From: Candidatus Omnitrophota bacterium | Lineage (GTDB): Bacteria > Omnitrophota > Omnitrophia > Omnitrophales > Aquincolibacteriaceae | NCBI GenBank assembly: GCA_903884815.1 | Contig: CAISGE010000021.1 | Location: 64,448-128,447, forward strand | Direction of reading: 5' to 3' | DNA: 64,000 nucleotides | Part shown: piece after piece, positions 37,547-47,729 of the stretch | Position numbering within the stretch: position 1 is the stretch's first letter | Layout of the letters: every line of letters begins with the position of its first letter | Notes under the pieces: model-generated | What the model was told of the DNA's origin: nothing | What the model saw: the letters and a program-made list of their open reading frames with translations, nothing else | Database searches by the model: none | Translations under genes and position numbers: made by a program

Positions 37547-39199
37547 TCAGGACTTCAGATCGAACTCTTTGAGTTTCGCCCGGGCCGTGCCGAAGTTGCC
37601 GAGATGGTAAACGCAAGCTCCGACCGGCATGAACGTAAACGTGTCGAAAGGTTCTTTCAGCATTTTGTCCAGATAGTCCATCGCGGCGAGCCCTGTCGTA
37701 ACATGCGGGTTGAAATTCTTGCCGGAATGTTCTGGAACGAATGCTTCGATATAGTGGATCGTCGGTTCGTTCACCTCAGGATCTTCGCGCGTCGTGACAA
37801 ACGCCGCAGCCGTCCCGGTTTTCGCCGTAAAGGGCGCCACGGCATCGATCAGATCCTGCTGCAACTTGATCAACTCCGCGTTGGGTTCCACGACAATGCC
37901 CGACAAACCCATGCCGTCCGTGGGAATGTAATAGTATTTAAACGCCTTCAATTTCAAAGCCGCCACATCCACGTTAGACAGAATTTTTCCAGCCGCGGCA
38001 TAGACCTTCTCGAGGTCCACCGTGCGTACATAGCGCTGCAGCATCGTGATGTGGGGACGGTGAGAAGCATCGAGCGCGAAACCTTTCGGAAAGAGCAAAA
38101 GCAGACGAGCATTCACGGCTTCCGCGCGTTGCATCATCGTAGCGTCAGGTTCCAATGCGACATCAATCGCCGTGACCGCCGAGGCATCAGAAGGAAAAAC
38201 GGTATTCCAATCGTTCTTCATGCTGACCACGGTCCAGCCATCTTTCTGGGCCTGGTCGTATACCGCCTGCGTGAACGCGCCCAGCTTGACGTCCGGCAAA
38301 CCTTGGGCTGGACCGTAGGGGTATTCGCGCACCTCATCATCATGCAGCACCAGCAACTCGAAACGCGCGCCGCTGCCGCCCTGCGTATATTCCAGCATCT
38401 CCTGATCGCCCCGCGAATTACCGAACGCGGCGATAGGCCTGCGGCCAATATGCAAATTAATACCGAGCGGCTTCCCTTCCTTATCATCATTAAAGCTCAG
38501 CTCAGGCAGACGCACGATCACCGGCTTGCCGTCGCGCATTTCGAACTTGGTCTTGATGCTGCTGCCAATAACCTGTTCCGGTGGAATGCCGTAAACCTTC
38601 TCTGCCCACGGGCGCATGAACTCGATGCCGCCACCGGAGACAATATAAGTCTTAAAACCGTTCGCGCGCAGATAAGCGAGAACCTCGAGCATGGGCTGAT
38701 AAACCATTTCGGTGTAAAGCTTCCCCGTCTTCGGGTGCCTCGCGGTGGCGATCCAATCCATCACTGTCTTCTCGAACTCGTCCGTAGTCATGCCCGCATG
38801 CGTCGCCATCATGAATTCGATGATCGCGCGATCCCCGCCGGCAAGTGCTGTTTTAAAATCACCTTTGAGTAGCGAGGCGAACGGCTCCTTGGTATTCCAT
38901 TCGGGATGCTCGGGCGCAAGAGCCTTCAAGCGATCGAGCGCGAAGTAAAACTGAACGGGCATCGGTTGTTCACACCAGAGCGTGCCGTCATTGTCGAAAA
39001 CAGCGATCCTCTCGGGTACCGGCACAAAGTCCGGCGCCCCCTCTTTCGTGACTTTCTCGACGAAATTGACAATGGACTGCTTCGCAGGGCCCTCATTCCA
39101 GGACGAAAGCGGACTAGCGGCAAAGGCGACGGTCGTCGATAAAACAAACAAGCCGAAGAATGCGACGATGAATGATTTCGGGAGACGGGCTGCTTTCAT
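37547..39199 (-). CDS. Exported HAD-family phosphatase fused to a C-terminal 2H phosphoesterase domain
   Basis: Signal peptide; FDNDGTLW.EQP, IVSGGG, AFGNS.GD; then PHITML and PHVTTG HxT motifs; start inferred at ATG 39199. Confidence 0.88.
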   Translation of the reverse strand: MKAARLPKSFIVAFFGLFVLSTTVAFAASPLSSWNEGPAKQSIVNFVEKVTKEGAPDFVPVPERIAVFDNDGTLWCEQPMPVQFYFALDRLKALAPEHPEWNTKEPFASLLKGDFKTALAGGDRAIIEFMMATHAGMTTDEFEKTVMDWIATARHPKTGKLYTEMVYQPMLEVLAYLRANGFKTYIVSGGGIEFMRPWAEKVYGIPPEQVIGSSIKTKFEMRDGKPVIVRLPELSFNDDKEGKPLGINLHIGRRPIAAFGNSRGDQEMLEYTQGGSGARFELLVLHDDEVREYPYGPAQGLPDVKLGAFTQAVYDQAQKDGWTVVSMKNDWNTVFPSDASAVTAIDVALEPDATMMQRAEAVNARLLLLFPKGFALDASHRPHITMLQRYVRTVDLEKVYAAAGKILSNVDVAALKLKAFKYYYIPTDGMGLSGIVVEPNAELIKLQQDLIDAVAPFTAKTGTAAAFVTTREDPEVNEPTIHYIEAFVPEHSGKNFNPHVTTGLAAMDYLDKMLKEPFDTFTFMPVGACVYHLGNFGTARAKLKEFDLKS

Positions 39200-39257
39200 A
39201 ATTAAACTTCTTTCCACTGGATGGATATTCGGTTCAGATATCTCAAAACGCACAGAC

Positions 39258-39289
39258 AAAAACAGCGGGCGACCCTTGCGGGCCGCCCG
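39258..39289 (-). terminator. Intrinsic terminator / stabilising hairpin after the sulfatase
   Basis: CGGGCGGCCC-GCAA-GGGTCGCCCG-CTG-TTTTT. Confidence 0.7.
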
Positions 39290-39310
39290 ATTCAGACATG
39301 CTCATGAGGC

Positions 39311-40978
39311 TTACTTCGACGGACTTTCCTTAAGCTTCTCCAGGATCTCATCCAGGTTGAAGCTGGCCGCCTTCTGCCGCTGAGGATAATCCCTGAACGT
39401 CATCAGGAACTTGCCCACGTAATCCTGTGCTGGCACGAACAAAAAGGCATGGTCGAGCATCCAGTCGTAGTAAGTGTTCGACGTGATATCCGCCCGTTCG
39501 TAGGGATCGGTACGTAGGTTGAAGATCTTCGGGATCCGCAACGTGATGAACGGTTCCATCCATATGCGCATCGTTCCCGTGGCACGCTGCTCCATGAACA
39601 CCAGTTTCCAGTTGTCGTAGCGCAGGCCGGTCACTTGCTGGTCATCGTTAATGTAGATGAACGACTCCCGCGGGCTCTTTGCGACTTCCCCGGTCAGGTA
39701 GGGCACAAGATTATCGCCGTCGAGATGAACCCTGTACGTCATATCCCCCACGGTATACCCCTTAAGCAACTCGTCCTTCACGTTGGGATCACCCGCGATC
39801 GCCAAGATAGTGGGCAACAAGTCCAGGTGAGAAACGATCTCGTTGGATACCTGTCCCGGCTTGATCTTGCCCGGCCAACGGAACATGGCGGGGACACGAT
39901 AGGCGCCTTCCCAGTTCGAATTCTTCTCGTTACGGAAGGGTGTCATCGCGCCGTCCGGCCAGGAGTTCATATGCGGCCCGTTGTCCGTGCCGTACATGAC
40001 AAAGGTGTTGTCGGCAATGCCCAGATCATCCAGCGCCTTGAGAACTTCTCCGACATTCTTGTCGTGGTCGATCATGGCGTCATGGTAAGGGCTCTGCCAA
40101 CGTCCCGACTGGCCGATGCTTTCTGGCTTCGTGTGAGTGCGGAAGTGCATGTGGGTGGTGTTCACCCAAACGAAGAACGGCTTGCCCGCCGCGTTCTGCC
40201 GTTTGATGAAATCCACCGCCCGGTTAGTGATATCGTCGTCTACTGTTATCATCCGTTCCTTGGTCAGAGCGCCGGTATCCTTGCACACCTGCTTGCCGAC
40301 CCTGCCAAAACGCGGGTCGATGGTAGAATCGTCCGTATCCGAGGCCTTGCAATCCATCACGCCACGAGGTCCGTACTTAGCACGGAACGCGGGATCCTTC
40401 GGATAGTCCGGAAGTTCCGGTTCTTCCTCAGCGTTCAAATGATAGAGATTGCCGTAGAACTCATCAAAACCATGAACCGTGGGCAAAAACTCGTTACGAT
40501 CACCCAAGTGATTCTTACCGAACTGTCCCGTCGCATAGCCCAGCGGTTTGAGGAGCTCGGCGATGGTCGGATCTTCCTTTTGCAACCCGAGCGTGGCACC
40601 CGGCAAACCGACTTTGGTCAGACCCGTGCGCAAACCCGACTGGCCTGTAATGAACGATGCCCTGCCGGCGGTAGAGCTTTGCTCGGCGTAGTAATCGGTG
40701 AACATCACGCCTTCTTTAGCGATACGATCAATGTTGGGCGTCTGGTAGCCCATCAAGCCATGGGAGTAGGCGCTGATATTCGACTGACCGACATCATCAC
40801 CCCAAAAGATGACAACATTGGGTTTCTTCGCTTGTGCGGGCGCGGCGTGCCCGCAGACCGGCAAACCGCTGATGGCGACGGTCATCCCGCCGACCACTCC
40901 AAGCATCCGTACTATTTTTTTCAGGCTGGGATATTTTTCAGGCATTTCCCAGGGCTGAGAGACTGTTTTTGAGTCCAT
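39311..40978 (-). CDS. Arylsulfatase (Ser-type signature STAGR)
   Basis: KPNVVIFWGDDVG, TPNIDRIA.EG, YYAEQSSTAGRASFITG, GKNHLGD, TDNG, WEG.YRVP. Confidence 0.95.
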   Translation of the reverse strand: MDSKTVSQPWEMPEKYPSLKKIVRMLGVVGGMTVAISGLPVCGHAAPAQAKKPNVVIFWGDDVGQSNISAYSHGLMGYQTPNIDRIAKEGVMFTDYYAEQSSTAGRASFITGQSGLRTGLTKVGLPGATLGLQKEDPTIAELLKPLGYATGQFGKNHLGDRNEFLPTVHGFDEFYGNLYHLNAEEEPELPDYPKDPAFRAKYGPRGVMDCKASDTDDSTIDPRFGRVGKQVCKDTGALTKERMITVDDDITNRAVDFIKRQNAAGKPFFVWVNTTHMHFRTHTKPESIGQSGRWQSPYHDAMIDHDKNVGEVLKALDDLGIADNTFVMYGTDNGPHMNSWPDGAMTPFRNEKNSNWEGAYRVPAMFRWPGKIKPGQVSNEIVSHLDLLPTILAIAGDPNVKDELLKGYTVGDMTYRVHLDGDNLVPYLTGEVAKSPRESFIYINDDQQVTGLRYDNWKLVFMEQRATGTMRIWMEPFITLRIPKIFNLRTDPYERADITSNTYYDWMLDHAFLFVPAQDYVGKFLMTFRDYPQRQKAASFNLDEILEKLKESPSK

Positions 40979-41048
40979 CAGAAAAATCTCCTATTTTTTT
41001 GTTTGGATATTGTACTGTTTGAACCGTGATTCCCCTATAGCAAAAGAA

Positions 41049-41921
41049 TTAACTCTTTCCCCGCATCTTGGCAATATTCTTCCAAAAATTCGGGAAAAGG
41101 AGTGAAATGCCGGCATTGATCCCGTACTGGGGCGGATGCCCGTGGTTCACAAAATTCCAATAGGGTTGGACGTAGCAATTGACGTCCTGACGACCGATCT
41201 TGAAAGTACGCCCAACCCCGAGATCGATCGGAATGATCTTAAATTCGGTCCGCCAGTCAAAAACCATTTGGGGTTGGCTGCGGACGAACCAACCTTTCCC
41301 GATCTGGTACGTCACGAAAGGCTGGAGCAACATGGCGTTGGCATAGGGCCTGTCACGATCCCCGGCAAAGGAGATCGGATTTTGAAAAATCGCACCGACC
41401 ATTACCCGCTTCGCGAGAAAGGCAAACCCCGCCGCGGGTCCCATCTGCCATTTTCCCTGTCCCGCTGTCCTTTCCGTGGCCGTCGGAAGTACGAAAGTGG
41501 GTCCCACCCCGAACAAGAACCTTTTGCTTTCATAAAGCATGGCAAGATCGAGAAATCGCAAGTCCCCGAAACCTGTCGGATTTTTGGGAGAAGTCACGGC
41601 AATAGGCGCGGACAAAAGAGTCAGATGCTTGAGGGGAAGCAACCGGTAAGCCGGAAGAGGCATGGTGATATCCATGCTAAAAATATTGCCCCGGCCGCCC
41701 TTCTCCACAAAACGCGGAATGTAGTTATTCCGAAAGCGGATCTGCATGATGGAAGACAGAGGCGCGTTGGCCTGATTGACCAGTTGGGGGTCCCCCTGGA
41801 TATCCCGGCGAAGCAATCCTTCGGCTGCGTTGGCGATCGCTGGGATAAGGCCCGTAAATGCCAACAAAAGGAATAGTGCGAAGAACCGTCCGATTTTTAT
41901 CCCGAGTCTATCTACCGTCAT
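41049..41921 (-). CDS. Predicted outer-membrane beta-barrel (often annotated 'neuromedin U'/transporter)
   Basis: QAN.PL, G.GD, GVGPTFVLPTAT....GQGKW..GP, LLQPF.TY, IP..LGVG..F.IG; start uncertain. Confidence 0.72.
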   Translation of the reverse strand: MTVDRLGIKIGRFFALFLLLAFTGLIPAIANAAEGLLRRDIQGDPQLVNQANAPLSSIMQIRFRNNYIPRFVEKGGRGNIFSMDITMPLPAYRLLPLKHLTLLSAPIAVTSPKNPTGFGDLRFLDLAMLYESKRFLFGVGPTFVLPTATERTAGQGKWQMGPAAGFAFLAKRVMVGAIFQNPISFAGDRDRPYANAMLLQPFVTYQIGKGWFVRSQPQMVFDWRTEFKIIPIDLGVGRTFKIGRQDVNCYVQPYWNFVNHGHPPQYGINAGISLLFPNFWKNIAKMRGKS

Positions 41922-41966
41922 GATGTCATCCTGCATGAAACAATTTAATGATACAAACCTCAAAAT

Positions 41967-42057
41967 CCGTCATTCTGAGCCCTCAGGCGAAGAATCTCGA
42001 ACAGAGATCCTTCCCTCGCTCCTGCTTTCGCAAGAAAGCGCGAGGTCAGGATGACGG
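41967..42057. repeat. Cruciform palindromic element, second copy of the 4322-4399 family
   Basis: CCGTCATTCTGA...GAAGAATCTC...GAGATCCTTC...TCAGGATGACGG abutting the maturase stop codon. Confidence 0.82.
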
Positions 42058-43407
42058 TTACATCCTCGCCTGTGGCTGCACACCACGCTTGCGGATATCG
42101 GCCGCGATGCGCTCAACTTCCGGGATCGCGTGGGCGAAAAATCGTTTGAACCCGGAGCAAAGATAATTCAGTCCCGGTTCCCCCTCCGCCGTGCGGAGGA
42201 TGCGGTTCTTCGGGCACTCGCCCCAGCAATCGCGAAGATACGGACACTCCCGGCATTGCTTCGGCAGTGTCTCGTTCTTTGCGTAACCGAATTTCACCTG
42301 CGCGCGGTCGAGCACGGTGTTGATCAAATTGCCGCTGTGGACATTTCCGACCTTGTATTCCGGATAGACATAGTGATCGCAGGAATATATCCCACCGTCG
42401 TGCTCCACGGCAAGCCCTTTACCGCAAAATTCACCGTAAATGCAAAGTTGTGACGGCAAGCCCAAATGCTGCGCCACGAGCGTTTCACAATGATTGACCA
42501 GGACCTTGCCCAGGTCCCTCGCCCGCCATTCATCAAAGATCTTGCACAGGAAATAACCCCAATCCTCCGGGTCCACGGACCATTCCGTGACAACGGAATC
42601 CGGACGGCCGGGGCGTGCCTCGGGATCGCCTTGTTTCGGCAACTTCATAGCGTCCCATACTTGCGGCGCCGTCCGCTCGAAACCTTTGTACTCCACAACA
42701 GGATTAAATTGCATATAGGTGGCGCCCAGCTCCCGTCGCAGGAACCGGTAGATATCGAGCGGCCGCTTGGCGCTGATACGACTGACGCAAGTCAACGTAT
42801 TGAACGGAACGCCATGCTTTTTCAGGAGCATGGCGGCCGCGAACACTTTGTCAAACGTGGGCTTCCCGTCCTTGGTGACCCGGTAGGCATCGTGGATATC
42901 CTTGGGCCCGTCAATGCTCAGTCCGACCAGGAACCGGTGCTCCTTGAGGAACGCGCACCATGTTTCGTCGAGAAGTGTCCCGTTGGTCTGCAGATCGTTC
43001 TCGATCTTCTGATTCGGTTTCGCATATTTTTCCTGGAGCGCGACGACCTTCCGGAAGAAATCGAGCCCCATGAGCGTGGGCTCGCCGCCCTGCCAGGAAA
43101 AGACGACCTCCGGTCCGGTCACACCCGCAATATATTGCTGGATGAAACGCTCAAGGGTTGCATCAGACATACGTCCGGCGCCGGGCCCCTGAGGAAGCGT
43201 TTCTTTGCTGAGGTAAAAACAGTATTGGCAGTCGAGATTGCAGGTGGATCCGGCGGGCTTCGCCATGATGTGGAACCGGCGCGAGCCCTGGCTTGAGGCA
43301 AGCATCGGGCCATCGTATTTATCAAGCGGCCTTGGGCGTCCGTCCGGGCCAAAAGCCACGGCCGAAAAAGGACGCGGCTCCGGTTTACTTTGATCCGACA
43401 ATGTCAT
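42058..43407 (-). CDS. Anaerobic sulfatase-maturating enzyme (radical SAM/SPASM, anSME/AtsB/AslB family)
   Basis: MAKP.GS.CNLDCQYCFYL.K, F.WQGGEPTLMG, QTNGTL, G..YSCDHYVYP, C..C.....C.GECPK.R, NYLC.G. Confidence 0.95.
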   Translation of the reverse strand: MTLSDQSKPEPRPFSAVAFGPDGRPRPLDKYDGPMLASSQGSRRFHIMAKPAGSTCNLDCQYCFYLSKETLPQGPGAGRMSDATLERFIQQYIAGVTGPEVVFSWQGGEPTLMGLDFFRKVVALQEKYAKPNQKIENDLQTNGTLLDETWCAFLKEHRFLVGLSIDGPKDIHDAYRVTKDGKPTFDKVFAAAMLLKKHGVPFNTLTCVSRISAKRPLDIYRFLRRELGATYMQFNPVVEYKGFERTAPQVWDAMKLPKQGDPEARPGRPDSVVTEWSVDPEDWGYFLCKIFDEWRARDLGKVLVNHCETLVAQHLGLPSQLCIYGEFCGKGLAVEHDGGIYSCDHYVYPEYKVGNVHSGNLINTVLDRAQVKFGYAKNETLPKQCRECPYLRDCWGECPKNRILRTAEGEPGLNYLCSGFKRFFAHAIPEVERIAADIRKRGVQPQARM

Positions 43408-43451
43408 GGTCTATTTATCCGAAACAACTGAGAATCTCGGGGCGTGATATC

Positions 43452-44648
43452 CTACTCCTGGAGCCCGGGGGGATTCTTCTGCCAGTCGTAGCCTTTTTCC
43501 GCCATGGCATAGCCGCGGTCGAAGAGTGTATTCATGTAGGCCCGGTCAAATTCATCCGGGTGGGGCGCGTTAAAATCTTTCGGGATGTACGCGAGATTGT
43601 AATCAATCCCATCCCGTTGCGTCAGCACATAGATCGAATAAAGATCGCCCCGCCCCTGAGCCTGGATCAGGGAAGACACCGCGCGCCCCATCACTTTCAA
43701 CGTCCGGCGCTCCACTTGGGCCCAGTCCGCGTCGATGCGGCTGTTGCGGATAATGTAAAGGAAGCGCTTGCGACCCGTCGTCCCTGCCGTTTTTTGTAAT
43801 TCCCGGACATTGATTCCCGGAGGATAAACGAAAACCTGGGCGGTCGCCCCGCCGTCCACGTGCATCTCCTGATACTTCCGCCCATTCGCCTCAACATCAA
43901 TCATCATGGGAGGGAACGCTCCCGGAATCGCGGCCGACGCCACCATAATCTTGCGGAAAAGATTGAGCGCTTTGGGATCACGGCTCGCCGCGATCTTGGT
44001 CATATTCCAGATCACCCCTTGCCGAGCGTCCAGATCCGTCGTCCCCACGAGAAGTAGCCGGCCTTTTTTATATTCCGCCGCAATGTCTTCGAGCATTTTT
44101 GCGTTCATATAGCGTCCCACCAGACCCCAAAGAGGCTTGTTATCAGCCATGGCATCGTTATTAACCGCCGCCATAAGGCCCCGCATCTTCAGAATATCCT
44201 TGGTGCTGATCTTGGTATAGACCGACCTCAGCTGATCGTCATATTTTGGGCCAAGAAAAGCGAACGGCGCGATCAAAGCCCCCGTGCTGACACCCGTCAC
44301 GATATCGAATTCCGGACGGTCCCCCTTCTTCGTCCATCCGATCAAAAGCCCAGCGCCAAACGCGCCATCGTCCCCGCCGCCCGAGACCGCGAGTAAATGG
44401 GCCGGAGGAAGCTCCTCCGACAGACCCTGTTCTTTCCGGATGGCTCTCTGACGATTGATCATGTCAAGAGCTTCGACCGACATATCGTTCATGTTAGCAG
44501 CTCGGTATCGAATCCCCGGCATCCCCGGAATTTGAGCTTGCGCGATCAAAGGCGCAGGAACGCCCTCGCCACGCTTCAAGGAAGCGCAGCCCGAACTCAA
44601 GCCCGAAACAGTCACGGCCATTAAAAATACCAGAAAGATCTTTTTCAT
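43452..44648 (-). CDS. Patatin-like phospholipase lipoprotein
   Basis: Lipobox SSGC; SGGGDDGAFGAG, GVSTG, ASAAIP, HVDGG. Confidence 0.92.
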   Translation of the reverse strand: MKKIFLVFLMAVTVSGLSSGCASLKRGEGVPAPLIAQAQIPGMPGIRYRAANMNDMSVEALDMINRQRAIRKEQGLSEELPPAHLLAVSGGGDDGAFGAGLLIGWTKKGDRPEFDIVTGVSTGALIAPFAFLGPKYDDQLRSVYTKISTKDILKMRGLMAAVNNDAMADNKPLWGLVGRYMNAKMLEDIAAEYKKGRLLLVGTTDLDARQGVIWNMTKIAASRDPKALNLFRKIMVASAAIPGAFPPMMIDVEANGRKYQEMHVDGGATAQVFVYPPGINVRELQKTAGTTGRKRFLYIIRNSRIDADWAQVERRTLKVMGRAVSSLIQAQGRGDLYSIYVLTQRDGIDYNLAYIPKDFNAPHPDEFDRAYMNTLFDRGYAMAEKGYDWQKNPPGLQE

Positions 44649-44716
44649 CAGTTTCCCTTTCAGTTGAATGCTTGAATGCTTTTTTGATTTCGAATCAGGA
44701 ATCCCGGGTCACACTT

Positions 44717-47506
44717 TTATTTCTTCTTCGTACTGGCCACGCGTTTCTTGGGAACAACGATAGGCTCCTTCTTATCCTCCGGCGCCAAGGGGGCGCGAGC
44801 GAATGCTGCCATCTTGCCGGCCTGCAGTATTTTCTCCGCGCTCATCGATCTGAACGTCTCAATAAGAGGCGCCACCAAACCGGTCCAGCCCGTTTGATGG
44901 GAAGCTCCGATCCCCGCGCCAGTATCCCCATGGAAATACTCGTAGAACAGAACATAGTCCTTCCAGTAGGGATCCGTTTGGCATTTTTCTCTGACTCCGT
45001 TCGTGGGACGCCACCCCTTTTTGTCACGTGTAAAAATACGGGTAAGCCGGTCCGAGATATCCTTCGCAACCTCGTAAAGATTCATCATCTTGCCGGAGCC
45101 GGTCGGACACTCGATCTTGAAATTGTCCCCGTAGTACATATAGTACTGCGTGAGCGCCCGGATGATCATGACATTCACCGGCATCCAGATCGGTCCCCGC
45201 CAGTTCGAGTTGCCGCCGAACATCCCGGAATCCGAATCGCCCGGCACATAGCCCACGCGATGCTCATCCCGTCCGACACGAAAAACATACGGGTTCTTTT
45301 CGTGGAATTTTGAAAGCGCCCGGATCCCGTAATCGCTTAAGAATTCCTTCTCATCGAGCATCTTGGTAAGGATGCGCCGCAAGCGTTGTTCATTGACCAG
45401 CGCCAGGATACCCCGATCCTCAACCCCACGATAACCGGGACCGGTTCTATGGATCCCTTCGAGAAGTTCCGGCATTTTTTTAGCCCGATCGAGAAGCCGT
45501 TCCATAGCAGTATGACATTGTTCGCGCTGCCATGGCTCGATCACGGTGGTCGCGCAGATCGGGAGCAGACCGACCATCGAGCGAACCTTGAGTCTGGTCG
45601 AGCGCCCGTCGGGAAGCAAAAGCCGGTCATAGTAAAAACCATCCTCCTCATCCCACATCCCTTCCTCGCCTACCCGGTTCATCGAATTGGCGATCCATAC
45701 GAAGTGCTCAAAAAATTTGACTACCAATTCCTCATAGTTCTTATCTTTTCCGGCCATTTCAATGCTGAGCTCCGCCATATTCTGGCAATAAAGCGCCATC
45801 CAGGCCGTTCCATCGGCCTGTTCCAGATGGCCGCCCGTGGGAAGCTCTTTGCTCCGGTCGAACACCCCGATGTTGTCGAGCCCGAGAAAACCGCCTTCGA
45901 ACACATTCTTGCCCGACCGGTCCTTCCGGTTCACCCACCACGTAAAATTCATGAGAAGCTTGTGATAAACGCGCTTCAGGAAATCAAAGTCCTCCTTACC
46001 CTCCGCCTTCAAGGCCTGATGCAGTGCAAGCGTGGACCAGGCATGCACCGGAGGGTTTACGTCGCTGAAGTTCCATTCGTAGGCCGAAAGCTGGCCGCTC
46101 GGATGAAGAAAAATGTCTTGAAGCAGAAGATCCAGCTGTTCCTTGGCAAAATCAGAATCGACGAGCAAAAGTGCGCGGCAGTGAAAAGCCAGGTCCCATG
46201 CCGCGTACCAGGGATACTCCCACTTGTCCGGCATTGAGATCACATGATCGCTCATCAGGTGGAACCATTCCTTATTGCGACATCCCTTGCTCTTGGACTC
46301 AAAAGGATCCGCGTTGTGCTCTTTCAGCCATTTATCAACGTCGTAATAAAAATACTGCTTGCTCCAGAGCATGCCGGCCAGTGCTTGCCGCATGACATTC
46401 GCCTCGTCTTTGCTGGCAGGGGCAGGCGTCAGCGCCTTGTAAAATTCATCCGCCTCCCGGAGCCTTGCAACAAACACTTCTTCGTACTCAGCTCCAAAAG
46501 TGTTTTTCTCCATAAAAATAGCTTTTTGTTTAAGCCTCAAGCGGATCACGGCGGTCTTGCCGGCTGGCACATTCACCTGATAATGCGGCGAAGCTTTGGT
46601 TCCCGTCATTTTAGGATTCACGGCGTTCTTTTTCCCGTGAACGATATAGTCATTGATCCCGTCTTTGACGTAGGAACTCTCGTTCGGGAATTGGGGAAAG
46701 AGCCGGGCATTATTCGTTTCGTTATCGGTAAAGAGAAGCGGCACGTCGCCTTCACAGTAAAGGGTATACTCCCCGAGCTTCGAATTTGACGCCTCGATCA
46801 CACTCGCGCCCTTCAACCCCTTGGCCTGCTTGAGCATGGGTTTTGCGGAAGGCTTCACGGTCCAGGAGGCCCAGTTGTTACGGTACCAAAGTGTCGGCAG
46901 GACATCGAGTTTCGCGGCTTCAGGACCGCGGTTCGCGATCGTGATCTTGATCAGGATATCTTCCGGAGAACCCTTGGCATACTCCACAAAGACATCGAAA
47001 TAGCGGTCATCATTGAAAACACCGGTATCGAGCAATTCGTATTCCGGTTCGGTGCGTGACCGGTTCCGGTTTGTGTTTACAAGATCGCCGTAAGGGTACG
47101 CCCGCTGCGGGTACTTGTAGAGATATTTCATGTAAGAATGAGTCGGCGTGGAATCGAGGTAAAAATAGTACTCTTTGACGTCTTCGCCGTGATTGCCTTC
47201 ACTGCCCGTCAGGCCGAAGAGTCGTTCCTTGATGATCGAGTCTCTGCCGTTCCAAAGGGCCAGCCCAAAACATAGCCGCGATTTGTCATCGGAAAATCCC
47301 GCGATACCGTCTTCCCCCCAGCGATAGGCGCGCGCACGGGCATGGTCGTGCGGGAAATAGTTCCAGGCATCGCCATTGTCACTATAGTCTTCGCGGACCG
47401 TTCCCCACTGCCGTTCGCTCAGGTAAGGCCCCCACTTTTTCCAGGGGATACTTTTTTCGCGGGCTTCTGTCAGCCGCATTGATTCAGCAGTATTCTGTGT
47501 CGTCAC
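44717..47506 (-). CDS. GH63 / MGH1-like glucosidase
   Basis: W..WGPYLSERQWGTVREDYS, SMPDKWEYPWYAAWDLAFH, FEGGFLGLDNIG, EYFHGDTG.G.GASHQTGWTG. Confidence 0.93.
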   Translation of the reverse strand: MTTQNTAESMRLTEAREKSIPWKKWGPYLSERQWGTVREDYSDNGDAWNYFPHDHARARAYRWGEDGIAGFSDDKSRLCFGLALWNGRDSIIKERLFGLTGSEGNHGEDVKEYYFYLDSTPTHSYMKYLYKYPQRAYPYGDLVNTNRNRSRTEPEYELLDTGVFNDDRYFDVFVEYAKGSPEDILIKITIANRGPEAAKLDVLPTLWYRNNWASWTVKPSAKPMLKQAKGLKGASVIEASNSKLGEYTLYCEGDVPLLFTDNETNNARLFPQFPNESSYVKDGINDYIVHGKKNAVNPKMTGTKASPHYQVNVPAGKTAVIRLRLKQKAIFMEKNTFGAEYEEVFVARLREADEFYKALTPAPASKDEANVMRQALAGMLWSKQYFYYDVDKWLKEHNADPFESKSKGCRNKEWFHLMSDHVISMPDKWEYPWYAAWDLAFHCRALLLVDSDFAKEQLDLLLQDIFLHPSGQLSAYEWNFSDVNPPVHAWSTLALHQALKAEGKEDFDFLKRVYHKLLMNFTWWVNRKDRSGKNVFEGGFLGLDNIGVFDRSKELPTGGHLEQADGTAWMALYCQNMAELSIEMAGKDKNYEELVVKFFEHFVWIANSMNRVGEEGMWDEEDGFYYDRLLLPDGRSTRLKVRSMVGLLPICATTVIEPWQREQCHTAMERLLDRAKKMPELLEGIHRTGPGYRGVEDRGILALVNEQRLRRILTKMLDEKEFLSDYGIRALSKFHEKNPYVFRVGRDEHRVGYVPGDSDSGMFGGNSNWRGPIWMPVNVMIIRALTQYYMYYGDNFKIECPTGSGKMMNLYEVAKDISDRLTRIFTRDKKGWRPTNGVREKCQTDPYWKDYVLFYEYFHGDTGAGIGASHQTGWTGLVAPLIETFRSMSAEKILQAGKMAAFARAPLAPEDKKEPIVVPKKRVASTKKK

Positions 47507-47685
47507 GAAAGGAGTCCTTTTATGTTAAAAAATTCATGAAGGCAGGTATTCTATTCCATGTTGCAGGAAATGGGCACGGATTTTTCTTATTCAAAAAAAT
47601 GAATGAATCGCTCCCCGCCTTACGACTACCCTGCAGGCTGATCCGTTTTAGAGCGCCCCGACAAAACCCGTTTTTTCTCCGTCTT

Positions 47686-47711
47686 GTAGGTCAGGTTTAA
47701 ACCTGACCTAC
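47686..47711. repeat. Perfect 26-bp GTAG-type REP palindrome
   Basis: GTAGGTCAGGTTTAAACCTGACCTAC equals its own reverse complement. Confidence 0.85.
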
Positions 47712-47729
47712 GGGTCATGTTAGATACTC

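Noticed and set aside
42058-43407. Radical SAM/SPASM enzyme as a RiPP maturase acting on nearby small Cys-rich proteins
   Set aside because: Its motifs match anSME and three Ser-type sulfatases provide obvious substrates; the Cys-rich proteins have Sec signals and lie 20 kb away.
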